DNA of 64,000 nt, from contig JAXJLD010000117.1 of NCBI GenBank assembly GCA_036297385.1, forward strand, positions 22,208 through 86,207. Direction: 5' to 3'. Of this stretch, positions 1 to 9,889 are shown piece by piece. Made by a program: the position numbers and the translations under genes. Source of the stretch: Christensenellales bacterium. GTDB lineage: Bacteria > Bacillota > Clostridia > Christensenellales > Aristaeellaceae. The first letter of the stretch is position 1. Each line of letters begins with the position of its first letter. The notes below the pieces were generated by a model, which saw only the letters and a list, made by a program, of their open reading frames with translations, ran no database searches and was not told the origin of the DNA.

Positions 1-237
1 ACGACCGTGGGCAGCGTGCTGGCGAGCATCCGCAAGGCGGGCGGCGCGCTTCTGGAGAGCGCGGAGATGTTTGACATTTACCGCGGTGCGCAGCTTGGCG
101 AGGGCAAGAAGTCTGTGGCGTTCTCTCTGGCATTCCGCAATGCCGAGCGCACGCTTTCCGATGATGACGTCAATCCGCTGATGAAGAAGATCCTTGCGGC
201 CTGTGAGGAGAACAACGGCGCGATTCTGCGCCTGTAA
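1..237 (+). CDS. pheT: Phenylalanine--tRNA ligase beta subunit, C-terminal end (5' part outside window)
   Basis: The frame of ORF 7..237 appears to continue to the window edge. FDIYRG..GEGKKSVAFSLAFR..ERTLSDDDVN is the conserved PheT C-terminal segment. Confidence 0.8.
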   Translation, partial: TTVGSVLASIRKAGGALLESAEMFDIYRGAQLGEGKKSVAFSLAFRNAERTLSDDDVNPLMKKILAACEENNGAILRL

Positions 238-262
238 GGTGGGAATAGGAGGCGGCTTTGCT

Positions 263-1135
263 GTGCTAGATCAACGAATTTCGGCTTCTACACTGCGATT
301 TGCGGTGTTGGGAGAATCGCTGGCGCACACATGGTCGCCTCCGATTCACAATACGCTGTTTCGTCAGGCGGGGCTTGACGCGGTTTATCTGCCGATAACA
401 GTGCCTAAGGATCGGCTTGCTTCTGCTGTGGACGTTCTGAGGAGCTGCTTTGCCGGTTTCAATGTCACCATCCCATACAAGGAGCAGATCATGCCGCTGC
501 TGGACGAGTTGGATGAGACTGCGCGTGCCTGCGGTGCGGTCAACACGGTAGAAAACCGGGGCGGCAGACTGATCGGTCATATCACAGATGGTTCGGGTAT
601 GCTTCGCGCTATTCAAGAGGGCGGTATCGACCCATCCGGCGCAGATGTGCTGATTTTAGGTGGGGGCGGCGCAGCACGCGTGGCCGCCTATGAATTCTTG
701 AAACGCTGCGGACGGGTAACGCTGGCCGTGCGCAGCATAGAAAAGGGCGCGCGGCTTGTTCGAGAACTGGCAGATACTCAGCAAGACGGAAGTTCGCGGA
801 TTGAAGTGGCGGCGTTGCACGATTTGTCCGATAGCAACGCTGTACATGACATACTCGTCAATTGTACGCCGGTTGGGATGTATCCCAATACGAACGAATG
901 TCCTGTGGACGAGACGGTCATCGCCCGCTGCGGTGCAGTGTTTGATGCGGTGTACAATCCGCGTGTTACCAAGCTGCTGAACAGCGCACACCTCATAGGG
1001 ATTCCAGCCATTGAGGGACTGGGGATGCTCTTTTATCAGGCGGTCGAGGCGGAAAAGCACTGGTTTGGCGAGAAGGCCATCGCCTCTGAGGCGGTGCAGC
1101 GAGCCGTTTACCATGAATTACTTGAGCAGCTGTAA
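263..1135 (+). CDS. aroE: Shikimate dehydrogenase
   Basis: ORF 194..1135. An in-frame GTG at 263 lies 10 nt after AGGAGG (247-252). Motifs seen: NVTIPYK, GAVNTV and the glycine-rich GGGGAARV loop. Confidence 0.85.
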   Translation: MLDQRISASTLRFAVLGESLAHTWSPPIHNTLFRQAGLDAVYLPITVPKDRLASAVDVLRSCFAGFNVTIPYKEQIMPLLDELDETARACGAVNTVENRGGRLIGHITDGSGMLRAIQEGGIDPSGADVLILGGGGAARVAAYEFLKRCGRVTLAVRSIEKGARLVRELADTQQDGSSRIEVAALHDLSDSNAVHDILVNCTPVGMYPNTNECPVDETVIARCGAVFDAVYNPRVTKLLNSAHLIGIPAIEGLGMLFYQAVEAEKHWFGEKAIASEAVQRAVYHELLEQL

Positions 1136-1164
1136 GCAGCATAACGAAAGAGAGGCGGACTTCC

Positions 1165-1725
1165 ATGAATATCTGGCACGACATCCCTGAAGAAATGATT
1201 ACGCCTGACCGCTTCATGGCGGTCATTGAGATCAAAAAAGGCGGCAAAAACAAGTATGAGCTGGACAAGGCGACAGGTATGCTCCGTCTTGACCGTGTGC
1301 TCTACACATCCACGCATTATCCGGCGAATTACGGCTTTATTCCCCGCACATACGGGGAGGACGGCGATCCGCTTGATGTTCTGGTGCTCTGCTCAGAAGC
1401 GATTGAGCCGATGACGCTGGTACAATGCCGCCCCATCGGCGTATTTGAAATGCGCGACAGCGATGAACGCGATGAAAAGATCATTGCCGTGCCGCTCGGT
1501 GATCCAAACTATAACTTTATGTTTGACATCAGCCAGCTTCCCGAACATATGCTGACAGAGATCCGCCATTTCTTCACGGTCTATAAGGCGCTGGAATGTC
1601 GGGAAACGGTGGTGAGCCATGCTGAAAACCGCGAAAAAGCCAGCGCTGTGATCACAGAGGCGATTCAAGCTTATCGCAATCGCTTTGTGGAGCAAGCAGC
1701 AAAGAAAGAAAAGAGTAAGAAGTGA
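1165..1725 (+). CDS. ppa: Inorganic pyrophosphatase (family I)
   Basis: 186 aa. Motifs KNKYELD, YPANYGFIPRTYGEDGDPLDVLVL and DEKIIAV are typical of soluble PPase. Confidence 0.93.
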   Translation: MNIWHDIPEEMITPDRFMAVIEIKKGGKNKYELDKATGMLRLDRVLYTSTHYPANYGFIPRTYGEDGDPLDVLVLCSEAIEPMTLVQCRPIGVFEMRDSDERDEKIIAVPLGDPNYNFMFDISQLPEHMLTEIRHFFTVYKALECRETVVSHAENREKASAVITEAIQAYRNRFVEQAAKKEKSKK

Positions 1726-1727
1726 TC

Positions 1728-2462
1728 ATGATGGAAAAGCGTCCGGTTATTGGCATCTCTCCTTCAAGAAGCGATGAGAATCAGCGCCTGTTTTTGAAGG
1801 AAACCTATTGTGAAGCGGTCTTTCATGCAGGCGGTCTGCCGCTTGTGTTTCCCACAACCCTCACATCGGAGGACGCGCTGGAGGCATTGCTCGATCAGGT
1901 GGACGGCGTGCTGCTTTCGGGCGGCGGAGACATTCATCCGCGTCACTATGGTGAAGAGATGCTTCCCCAATGCGGTACGGTCGATGAGACGCGCGATGCG
2001 TTTGAACTGGCGCTTGCGCGAAAAGCCATTGCGCGACATATGCCGGTGTTCGGCATATGTCGGGGCATTCAGGTGCTTGCCGTCGTGTTAGGCGGCACGC
2101 TGTTTCAGGATCTTGAAAGCCAGCTTGGGATTGCTGCATCTGCACACAAGCAGGATGCTCCGTATGATGATTATAAACACGAGGTTCGCCTGAAAGCGGG
2201 CGGGTTGATTGCGCGCGTGACCGGCGTGGAAACGATGCTGGCCAACAGTATGCATCACCAAGCTGTCAAGGATGCTGGAGAGCAGCTTGTGATCGAGGGA
2301 ATCACGATGGATGGCATCATCGAAGCGGTGAGCATGGTCGGCAGCGAACGGGTGTTTGGCGTAGAGTTCCACCCTGAATATCTGGAGCATTTCAGCGATC
2401 CGGCGGCAAAGCTGTTTGCACACCTGATTGCACAGGCTAAAGTCTATCGAGCGGAACGGTGA
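1728..2462 (+). CDS. Class I glutamine amidotransferase, peptidase C26 / gamma-glutamyl-GABA hydrolase family
   Basis: ORF 1722..2462 opens on the ppa stop codon; the first ATG is at 1728. It has the GGGDIHP motif, the catalytic GICRGIQ and a C-terminal EFHPE. Confidence 0.85.
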   Translation: MMEKRPVIGISPSRSDENQRLFLKETYCEAVFHAGGLPLVFPTTLTSEDALEALLDQVDGVLLSGGGDIHPRHYGEEMLPQCGTVDETRDAFELALARKAIARHMPVFGICRGIQVLAVVLGGTLFQDLESQLGIAASAHKQDAPYDDYKHEVRLKAGGLIARVTGVETMLANSMHHQAVKDAGEQLVIEGITMDGIIEAVSMVGSERVFGVEFHPEYLEHFSDPAAKLFAHLIAQAKVYRAER

Positions 2463-2468
2463 TAAAAG

Positions 2469-2506
2469 ATGCGCTTGCTCCCATAGCGGAGCCGGGCGCA
2501 TTTTTT
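2469..2506 (+). terminator. Intrinsic terminator after the amidotransferase gene
   Basis: ATGCGC..GCTCC-catagc-GGAGC..GCGCAT hairpin followed by TTTTTT, 6 nt after the stop codon. Confidence 0.7.
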
Positions 2507-2680
2507 CATGTGCTTTGCCCATGCGCTAGAGAAGTGCCGCAATCCCTAAATGATACTGTTTATACTTTTTTCTGGCAGAAACGATCAATAAGCGCGAAAT
2601 GGGCTGCAATTAATCGTGTTTGGGCATCGAACGGCATGAAACGGAAAAAGGTGCCGCCTTTTCGTATTCCTTCCTTGCGG

Positions 2681-2709
2681 TTGAACTTGAGAATTCTTTT
2701 TGCTATAAT
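2681..2709 (+). promoter_or_regulatory. Sigma-A type promoter for the SpoIID-like gene
   Basis: TTGAAC (2681-2686), 17-nt spacer, TATAAT (2704-2709), 35 nt upstream of the ATG at 2745. Confidence 0.6.
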
Positions 2710-2744
2710 GAACGCAGAATTGAAAGGACAGGAGGCCGCCATGC

Positions 2745-4487
2745 ATGAAGCGACCGAGAATTCGATATGCGATCATATGGATGCTGCTTGTTGCGCTGCT
2801 GGCAATCTATCCGGCGGGGCAGGCGGGCGCACAGATTGAGCCGACCGTGCGCGTTTTGCTCAAGCGTCTCAAGACGGAAGATGTGCTGCGCATCCAAGTG
2901 CAGGGGAGCTATATGCTCGAAGATGGCAGAATGCTCTTTGGAGACGGTGCAGAGCTGACCGTGGTGCTGCGTGATGGACAGCTTGTGCTGCACACGGGAC
3001 CAACGGCTATCGTGATGGGGCAGAAGATGAGTCTGATTCGCTGTGCCGACTCGCAGAAGGAAAGCGCGCTGTGCCTGAATGGAGGCGATGGACGCTATGA
3101 GGGCGACTTGTATCTGACCATTCAGGACAATGCCATCCGCCCGATTCTTCACATTTATGTCGAGGATTATCTGCTGGGTGTCGTCCCGTATGAGATGGGC
3201 GACTCGTTCCCGCTGGAAGCGCTCAAGGCTCAGGCCATCGCCGCGCGTACCTACGCCTTGCAGCGAACCGGAAGCGCAGGGGATTACGATGTAGAGGATA
3301 CGACGAACGACCAAGCGTACAAGGGACGCTCGTCCGATCATCCCGTTTCCGAGCAGGCTGTTCGCGAGACGGAGGCTCTTTGCGGCACCTATCAGGGGAA
3401 GCTGGCGGATTGTTATTACTCAGCCAGCAATGGTGGTCAAACGGAGCTGGGGCAGCACGTGTGGCCGACAGATAAACCGGACGCTTACGCCTACATGGAT
3501 ATGCGGGATGACCCGTATGATCTCGAAAATGACGCAAGCACAGTCAAACGGTTTACCTTGCCCAAGAAGCCGGGGGAGCCGGGTGTGGGCGCGGCGCTGC
3601 ACAGTGCGCTGGTCTCTTCTCTTGCAGATCAGCTCCGTGGGCTAGGCGTCGATCCAGATGAACATCTGATCCGTTTTGATGAGATCGTCAGTCTGGAAGC
3701 AGCAGCGCCGAAGTTTCAAGAGCCTTCCCGGCTGATGACAGAGCTTCGGTTTTCCGTGCGCATTTCCGCGCGTGAATACACTTTCCGAGATACGACGGTT
3801 CAGAGCACCCCTGCGGCATCCACTCAGGCAGGCAATGATGCTGCGCCGACGCCAAGCCCAATACCGACGGCCACACCTGCTTATTCACCATACCGGGCAA
3901 TTGATGCTGTGCTGCATACCACGCTGCCCATCTTTACAAAGGCAGAAAAGGCGATGGGTCTGAGCATCAATGTGTATGAAAATGAACTGGTCTCGGTTAC
4001 CGACATCGGTGATGCGTTTATGGTGGAATCTAGGCGATTTGGCCATGGCGTAGGAATGTCGCAGCGCGGTGCGCAGCAGATGGCTGCCAAGTACGGCATG
4101 ACCTCCGCGCAGATTCTCGCGTTTTACTATCCGGGCTTAAAGGTCATGCAGGCCAGAATCGAACGCAGCCCGCTGCCCAGTGCGAATGCTGCTTGGATGG
4201 CGACGCCTGCGCCGACACCTAGTCCTACGCCCAGACCGACGCTGATGCCGGTGACAACAGAAAAACTGCCGCCGGATGCCTATGTTGCTGTCGTCAGCAA
4301 CATCAATGATGACTCTTCGCTCAACCTGCGGGCTTCGCCAAGTCTATCTTCTGACGTGCTGCGCAGACTTTACAAAGATCAGCAGCTGATTGTGCTGAGT
4401 TCTACGGTAGACGGATGGTCTCATGTAAAAACCGATGTGATTGAAGGCTATGTTCGCACCGAATTTTTGCAGGCAGCAGGAATCTGA
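2745..4487 (+). CDS. SpoIID/LytB-domain protein with Pro/Thr-rich linkers and a C-terminal SH3-like domain
   Basis: N-terminal signal/anchor. Motifs AQAIAARTYAL, YYSASNGGQTE and GHGVGMSQRGAQQMA. The C-terminal LNLRASPS...VDGWSHVK...GYV looks SH3b-like. AGGAGG lies 9 nt upstream. Confidence 0.85.
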   Translation: MKRPRIRYAIIWMLLVALLAIYPAGQAGAQIEPTVRVLLKRLKTEDVLRIQVQGSYMLEDGRMLFGDGAELTVVLRDGQLVLHTGPTAIVMGQKMSLIRCADSQKESALCLNGGDGRYEGDLYLTIQDNAIRPILHIYVEDYLLGVVPYEMGDSFPLEALKAQAIAARTYALQRTGSAGDYDVEDTTNDQAYKGRSSDHPVSEQAVRETEALCGTYQGKLADCYYSASNGGQTELGQHVWPTDKPDAYAYMDMRDDPYDLENDASTVKRFTLPKKPGEPGVGAALHSALVSSLADQLRGLGVDPDEHLIRFDEIVSLEAAAPKFQEPSRLMTELRFSVRISAREYTFRDTTVQSTPAASTQAGNDAAPTPSPIPTATPAYSPYRAIDAVLHTTLPIFTKAEKAMGLSINVYENELVSVTDIGDAFMVESRRFGHGVGMSQRGAQQMAAKYGMTSAQILAFYYPGLKVMQARIERSPLPSANAAWMATPAPTPSPTPRPTLMPVTTEKLPPDAYVAVVSNINDDSSLNLRASPSLSSDVLRRLYKDQQLIVLSSTVDGWSHVKTDVIEGYVRTEFLQAAGI

Positions 4488-4604
4488 CAAAACCGACCTG
4501 GATAGAACTTTGTCAGATTGCGGCAGGAATGTGCGGAAAAATTCGGAGATTTAGGGAAACAATTCACAAAAACGGTTTTCTTTCTAAAAACGGCAAGGAA
4601 AGAC

Positions 4605-4633
4605 TTGAAAAAGACTTGGATTTTGAGTACAAT
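4605..4633 (+). promoter_or_regulatory. Sigma-A type promoter for gap
   Basis: TTGAAA (4605-4610), 17-nt spacer, TACAAT (4628-4633). The 61-nt leader contains the hairpin CTGTTT-tgat-AAACAG (4660-4675) just before the SD. Confidence 0.6.
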
Positions 4634-4694
4634 ATAGTAGGGTTTATCCCGTGTCAATACTGTTTTGATAAACAGAATTAGGAGGAGATTTCCA

Positions 4695-5747
4695 ATGGTT
4701 AAGGTTGCGATTAATGGTTTCGGTCGCATCGGCCGTCTGGCGTTCCGTCAGATGTTTGACGCCGAGGGCTACGAGGTTGTCGCCATCAACGATCTGACCA
4801 GCCCGAAGATGCTGGCTCATCTGCTCAAGTATGATACCGCTCAGGGTCCGTACGTCCACAAGGACACCGTTTCTTACAAGGAGCCGGAGTTCGAAGAGGA
4901 TGGCAAGACCGTGAAGGTTCCGGGCTCCATCACCGTTAACGGCAAGGAGATCACCATCTACGCGAAGCCGAAGGCGAACGAGCTGCCGTGGGGCGAGCTG
5001 GACGTCGACGTTGTGCTGGAGTGCACCGGCTTCTACACCAGCAAGGCCAAGGCGATGGCTCACATCGAGGCTGGCGCCAAGAAGGTCGTCATTTCCGCTC
5101 CGGCCGGCAACGATCTGCCGACCATCGTGTTCTCTGTCAACGAGAATACCCTGACCGCTGAGGACAAGGTCATCTCTGCGGCTTCCTGCACCACCAACTG
5201 CCTCGCTCCGATGGCGAAGGCGCTGAATGATGCGTACCCGATCCAGTCCGGCATCATGACCACCGTTCATGCGTACACCGGCGATCAGATGATCCTCGAT
5301 GGCCCGCAGCGCAAGGGTGATCTGCGTCGTGCCCGTGCTGGCGCGCAGAACATCGTGCCCAACAGCACCGGTGCGGCTAAGGCGATCGGTCTGGTCATTC
5401 CGGGGCTCAACGGCAAGCTGATCGGCTCCGCGCAGCGTGTTCCGGTCCCGACCGGTTCTTCCACCATTCTGGTGGCTGTTGTGAAGGGCAAGGATGTGAC
5501 CAAGGAGTCCATCAATGCCGCGATGAAGGCGCAGGCTTCTGCTTCCTTCGGCTACAACACCGACGAGATCGTGTCTTCCGATATCATCGGCAGCACCTTC
5601 GGTTCCATCTTCGACTCCACCCAGACCATGGTTGCGAAGATCGACGAGGATACCTATCAGGTTCAGGTTGTGTCTTGGTACGACAACGAGAACTCCTACA
5701 CCTCTCAGATGGTCCGCACCATCAAGTACTTCGCTGAGCTGGGCTAA
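4695..5747 (+). CDS. gap: Glyceraldehyde-3-phosphate dehydrogenase
   Basis: [14 protein letters not shown] start, with AGGAGG 8 nt upstream. Active-site SCTTNCLAP and WYDNE. The ORF track opens earlier, at 4665. Confidence 0.97.
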   Translation: MVKVAINGFGRIGRLAFRQMFDAEGYEVVAINDLTSPKMLAHLLKYDTAQGPYVHKDTVSYKEPEFEEDGKTVKVPGSITVNGKEITIYAKPKANELPWGELDVDVVLECTGFYTSKAKAMAHIEAGAKKVVISAPAGNDLPTIVFSVNENTLTAEDKVISAASCTTNCLAPMAKALNDAYPIQSGIMTTVHAYTGDQMILDGPQRKGDLRRARAGAQNIVPNSTGAAKAIGLVIPGLNGKLIGSAQRVPVPTGSSTILVAVVKGKDVTKESINAAMKAQASASFGYNTDEIVSSDIIGSTFGSIFDSTQTMVAKIDEDTYQVQVVSWYDNENSYTSQMVRTIKYFAELG

Positions 5748-5857
5748 TTGCTGACCTGCAAGGCGAAGAACGTCTCGGATATTTATCTGGGCGTATAAAA
5801 TGTTTCGTTGATTGAATGGACCGTTTCTGCGGTTAATTCGGCAAAGCATACGTTTTT

Positions 5858-5893
5858 CCCCTCCATGGACATTTTAGCCGTGGAGGGGTTTTT
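5858..5893 (+). terminator. Intrinsic terminator after gap
   Basis: CCCCTCCATGG / CCGTGGAGGGG hairpin followed by TTTTT. Confidence 0.8.
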
Positions 5894-5910
5894 GCTGTCT
5901 ACTTTCGTGC

Positions 5911-5939
5911 TAGGCATTCTTCTGAGAATATGCTATAAT
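5911..5939 (+). promoter_or_regulatory. Extended -10 promoter for the glycosyltransferase gene
   Basis: TGcTATAAT (5931-5939) with a weak -35 TAGGCA (5911-5916) at 17-nt spacing. Confidence 0.4.
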
Positions 5940-5986
5940 AGACGCAGATGTGGATAGAATCCGAAATTGCGATGTACAGGAGCGTT

Positions 5987-6967
5987 ATGCAGATGAAAAA
6001 TCGAGTGGCTGTGCTGATCCCCTGCTACAATGAGAGCCGGACGATTGAAAAAGTCGTCCGGGATTTTAAGCGCGTTTTGCCGGAAGCCGCAGTCTATGTG
6101 TATGACAACAATTCGACAGACGGAACGGCAGAGATCGCGGCGTGCGCTGGCGCTATTGTTCGCAGGGAACGCCGCCAAGGCAAGGGCAATGTGATCCGGC
6201 GTATGTTCCGAGACATTGACGCGGACTGTTATGTGATGGCTGACGGCGATGACACCTATCCCGCCGAGGCGGCTCCGGAAATGGTGCGTCTGGTTCTGGA
6301 GGAACAGGCGGACATGGTGGTGGGCGACCGGCTCTCCAGCACCTATTTCACGGAAAACAAGCGTCCGTTCCACAATGTAGGCAACAGTTTGGTGCGTGCA
6401 AGCATCAATATGCTCTTTAAGAGCGAAATTAAGGATATCATGACGGGCTATCGGGCGTTCAGCTATGCGTTTGTCAAAACCTATCCGGTACTCTCTAAGG
6501 GGTTTGAGATCGAGACGGACATGAGCATCCACGCCATCAATCGCAACATGCAGGTGCGCAATGTGGTGATCGAATACCGGGATCGCCCGGATGGAAGCGT
6601 CTCCAAGCTCAACACTTATTCGGATGGTGCCAAGGTGCTGGTCACCATCGCCAGACTGTTTAAGAATTACCGCCCGTTTGCGTTTTTCGGCGTAATTTCG
6701 CTTGTGCTGGCGGTGTTGTCTGCGGTATTTGTGTTCCCGGTTCTTTCGGAATTTATGGCAACTGGGCTGGTGCCGCGCTTTCCGACGCTCATCGTCTGTA
6801 CGGTGACGCTGTTGGCTGCACTTCTGCTGTTTATTTCCGGTCTGATTCTCTCCACCTTGCAGGAAAAGGATCGCCGTGATTTTGAGTTTCAGCTTCAGCA
6901 GGTCAGCGATCAATATCGCAGGCTTTGTGAGGAAGCGGATGAACAAGGGATGTCCTCGGCGTCGTGA
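5987..6967 (+). CDS. Family 2 glycosyltransferase, GtrB/CsbB-like polyprenol-phosphate sugar transferase
   Basis: VAVLIPCYNE, YVYDNNSTDGT and MADGDDTY (the DxD region), followed by two C-terminal TM helices. The ATG at 5987 lies 5 nt after GGAG; the ORF opens at 5948. Confidence 0.85.
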   Translation: MQMKNRVAVLIPCYNESRTIEKVVRDFKRVLPEAAVYVYDNNSTDGTAEIAACAGAIVRRERRQGKGNVIRRMFRDIDADCYVMADGDDTYPAEAAPEMVRLVLEEQADMVVGDRLSSTYFTENKRPFHNVGNSLVRASINMLFKSEIKDIMTGYRAFSYAFVKTYPVLSKGFEIETDMSIHAINRNMQVRNVVIEYRDRPDGSVSKLNTYSDGAKVLVTIARLFKNYRPFAFFGVISLVLAVLSAVFVFPVLSEFMATGLVPRFPTLIVCTVTLLAALLLFISGLILSTLQEKDRRDFEFQLQQVSDQYRRLCEEADEQGMSSAS

Positions 6968-7027
6968 GAACAGAAACGGCGCACGGGATGAATACATATC
7001 TTCCTTTCGATGATGAGGTTAAATGGC

Positions 7028-8014
7028 ATGGACGAGGAAACACTTCGGTGTTGGGCCGCTGAACTGGGCTTTGCCAAGATGGCGCTTTGCTCTGCGGCGG
7101 ATTTTGCGCGTGAGCGCCGTATGGTATGCGAACAGCCGCCGCTGGCAGAGCGAAGGCAGCTTCGCTTTTCGCCTGAAGAGGATGATCCCAGAACGGCGAG
7201 CTTAGCCGTTCTGCTTTGGCCTTATGTGGCAGCCGCTTTACCGGAAGGGGAAGCATTATTTGTAGACAGTTATTATCCTGCTTCCAACGCTGCTTACCAC
7301 GCTGCACGAAAGCTAGAAGAGCGTCTTTTGGCAGCAGGCTGTTTCGCGAAGGCCAATGTCTCGTATCCGGCCAAGGAGGCGGCGGTGCGCGCAGGGTTGG
7401 GTATAATCGGGAAGAACTCACTGTTGATTACGCCGGAATATGGCACGCGCGTAGTACTGATTCTGATAGCCACGGATATCCCCGCATCGCCTGCGGCAAT
7501 GGACAGGTCGAATGCGGGGTGCTATGCTTGCGGCCGGTGTGCAGCAGCTTGCCCGTCTGGTGCGATTGATGAAAATGGCATGACACACCCTGAACGCTGT
7601 CTGCGGAATTTTATGATGGAAGGGAATGTCACACCGGAACCTCTGCGCAGCAGGGAATCTATGCGGCTGTTGGGCTGTGATATCTGTCAACGCGTCTGTC
7701 CGATGCAGCCCAGCAGTGCGCAGACGATGCCAATCGATATTCGCCTTGGCGAGCTGGTCACGGCAGATGGACATACGTTTTCCCAAACAGTAGCACGGTT
7801 GGGCGCTCTGATTGGGCGCAATGCGGCGCGTCCGCAGCGTGTTCGTGCGCAGGCAGCGTTGCTGGCCGGGAACAAACCGGATGAAGCGTGGCTTCCTGTG
7901 TTGCGTGAATGGGCGGAATCCCCCTTTGAAGCTGTGCGCATGCACGCACTTTGGGCCATTGAGCGGATCGAGCAGGAAAAGGCGGGGCTTGACCAGCCCG
8001 GCAAAACAGGATAA
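7028..8014 (+). CDS. queG: Epoxyqueuosine reductase-like 4Fe-4S protein
   Basis: Two ferredoxin-type motifs, CYACGRCAAACP and CDICQRVCP, and a HEAT-like C-terminus. The ATG at 7028 lies 9 nt after GAGG; the ORF opens at 7010. Confidence 0.75.
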   Translation: MDEETLRCWAAELGFAKMALCSAADFARERRMVCEQPPLAERRQLRFSPEEDDPRTASLAVLLWPYVAAALPEGEALFVDSYYPASNAAYHAARKLEERLLAAGCFAKANVSYPAKEAAVRAGLGIIGKNSLLITPEYGTRVVLILIATDIPASPAAMDRSNAGCYACGRCAAACPSGAIDENGMTHPERCLRNFMMEGNVTPEPLRSRESMRLLGCDICQRVCPMQPSSAQTMPIDIRLGELVTADGHTFSQTVARLGALIGRNAARPQRVRAQAALLAGNKPDEAWLPVLREWAESPFEAVRMHALWAIERIEQEKAGLDQPGKTG

Positions 8015-8047
8015 AATGGATGAGATTTATCTGAGGGAGGAACTGAT

Positions 8048-9889
8048 TTGCTGAAAGAGAAGATCGATGGTTTGCTGGATCACGTTCAGAAGCCTGCCCG
8101 CTACATGGGCGGAGAGATGAACGCTGTGATCAAAGATCCAGACAGCGTAGCAATTCGATATGCGTTTGCATTCCCGGATGTTTATGAGGTCGGCATGTCC
8201 CATCTGGGTTCGCGTATTCTGTATGACATCATCAATAAACGGGAAGATGCGCTTTGCGAGCGCGTCTTTACGCCGTGGGTCGATATGGCGGATTTGATGC
8301 GTGCGGAGCAGGTGCCGCTATTTTCGATTGAAACGCGTTCGCCGATTCGAGCGTTTGATATGTTGGGCATCACACTTCAATACGAAATGAGCTATACCAA
8401 CATTCTGGAAATCCTCGATCTGGCGGGTATTCCGCTTCACAGTGAGGATCGCACTTGGGATGATCCCATCGTCATCGCCGGTGGTCCTTGCGCCTTTAAC
8501 CCAGAGCCGCTGTATCACTTTATTGATGCGTTCTCCATCGGCGATGGTGAAATCAGCACGCTGGAGACCATTGATGTGGTGAAGGCCTGCAAGGCGGAGG
8601 GTGTTTCGCGCACAGAGTGCCTGCGCAGGCTGTCTCGTCTGCGCGGTGTGTATGTGCCAAGCCTGTATCGTGCGGAATACAACGAAGATGGCACGCTGCG
8701 CGCATTTGAGCCAACGGAGGAAGGCGTGCCGCGCACCGTGGTCAAGAACATGGTAGCCGATCTCGATCACGCCGCATACCCGGAAAGTGTGATTGTGCCA
8801 TTCATGGAGATTGTGCATGATCGCATCAATATCGAGGTGCTGCGCGGCTGCACGCGCGGCTGCCGCTTCTGTCAGGCGGGCATGATCTATCGGCCTGTGC
8901 GTGAGCGCAGCATGGAGCATATTCTGGATCTGGCCAAGAAGCTGGTGGATGAAACAGGCTATGAGGAAATCACGCTGTCCTCGCTTTCCACCGGAGATTA
9001 TAGCTGCCTGCCGCAGCTCGCACATGAGATGATGGAGCGCTTCGCCCAGAAGCGCGTGGCGCTCTCCCTGCCCAGCCTGCGTCTGGACAGCGACCTCAAG
9101 GCGACGCTGGAGGAGACGCAGAAGGTGCGCAAATCCAGCCTGACCTATGCGATGGAAGCCGGTACACAGCGCCTGCGCGATGTCATCAACAAGGGCATTA
9201 CGGAGGAAAACCTGTTCTCCTCGGTCAGCGATGCCTTCGCCAGCGGCTGGAGCAGCGTCAAGCTGTACTTCATGTTTGGCCTGCCGACGGAAACCATGGA
9301 AGATCTGGACGGCATTGCCGAGCTGGCACATCAGGTGGTTCGCCGGTATTTTGAAACGCCCAAGCATCTGCGTGCTAAAGGGCTTCGCGTCAACTGCAGC
9401 GCGTCCTGCTTCGTGCCAAAGCCTTTTACGCCTTTCCAGTGGGAACCGCAGGACACCATCGAGCAATTTGAAGAGAAGCAGAAGCATCTGTGTCGCATCA
9501 TGCACATCAAGGGCGTGGAGTTTAACTGGCACGAACCGCAGGTGTCGTTCCTTGAGGCTGTGTTTGCCCGCGGCGACCGCAGAACGGCGGACGCGTTGGA
9601 GGCGGCGTGGCGTCTGGGATGCCGGTTTGACGGTTGGACGGATCAGTTCAGCTTTGATAAGTGGATGGAGGCGTTCCAGCAGACGGGCGTCGATCCGGCG
9701 TTCTATGCTAATCGCCGCCGCGAACAGGACGAGCTGCTGCCGTGGGCGTTTATTGATGCAGGCGTGACGCAGCAATATCTCTGGCGCGAGCATGAACGTG
9801 CCATGAAGGCGCAGGTTACGCCGGACTGCCGTAAGGGATGTCAGGGCTGCGGCCTCAAACGGTTTGAAGGAGCGTGTGAAGGACGATGA
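8048..9889 (+). CDS. Uncharacterised radical SAM protein (resembles the TIGR03960 family with an N-terminal B12-binding-like domain)
   Basis: 613 aa with a TTG start. Radical SAM cluster motif CTRGCRFCQAG. The overall length and order match the family as I recall it. Confidence 0.8.
   Translation: MLKEKIDGLLDHVQKPARYMGGEMNAVIKDPDSVAIRYAFAFPDVYEVGMSHLGSRILYDIINKREDALCERVFTPWVDMADLMRAEQVPLFSIETRSPIRAFDMLGITLQYEMSYTNILEILDLAGIPLHSEDRTWDDPIVIAGGPCAFNPEPLYHFIDAFSIGDGEISTLETIDVVKACKAEGVSRTECLRRLSRLRGVYVPSLYRAEYNEDGTLRAFEPTEEGVPRTVVKNMVADLDHAAYPESVIVPFMEIVHDRINIEVLRGCTRGCRFCQAGMIYRPVRERSMEHILDLAKKLVDETGYEEITLSSLSTGDYSCLPQLAHEMMERFAQKRVALSLPSLRLDSDLKATLEETQKVRKSSLTYAMEAGTQRLRDVINKGITEENLFSSVSDAFASGWSSVKLYFMFGLPTETMEDLDGIAELAHQVVRRYFETPKHLRAKGLRVNCSASCFVPKPFTPFQWEPQDTIEQFEEKQKHLCRIMHIKGVEFNWHEPQVSFLEAVFARGDRRTADALEAAWRLGCRFDGWTDQFSFDKWMEAFQQTGVDPAFYANRRREQDELLPWAFIDAGVTQQYLWREHERAMKAQVTPDCRKGCQGCGLKRFEGACEGR

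Noticed and set aside
2459-2839. A 126-codon + strand ORF and two 60-63-codon - strand ORFs fill the spacer between the amidotransferase gene and the spoIID-like gene.
   Set aside because: The + ORF runs through a terminator hairpin and a consensus promoter and into the spoIID-like gene out of frame. None of the three has an SD or recognisable motifs. About 170 nt (2507-2680) remain unexplained, but I saw no convincing RNA structure.
4484-4516. Inverted repeat CTGACAAA-N17-TTTGTCAG spanning the stop codon of the SpoIID-like gene.
   Set aside because: It has no downstream T-tract and a large loop, so it is not a convincing intrinsic terminator. I recognised no known operator motif. I left it unannotated.
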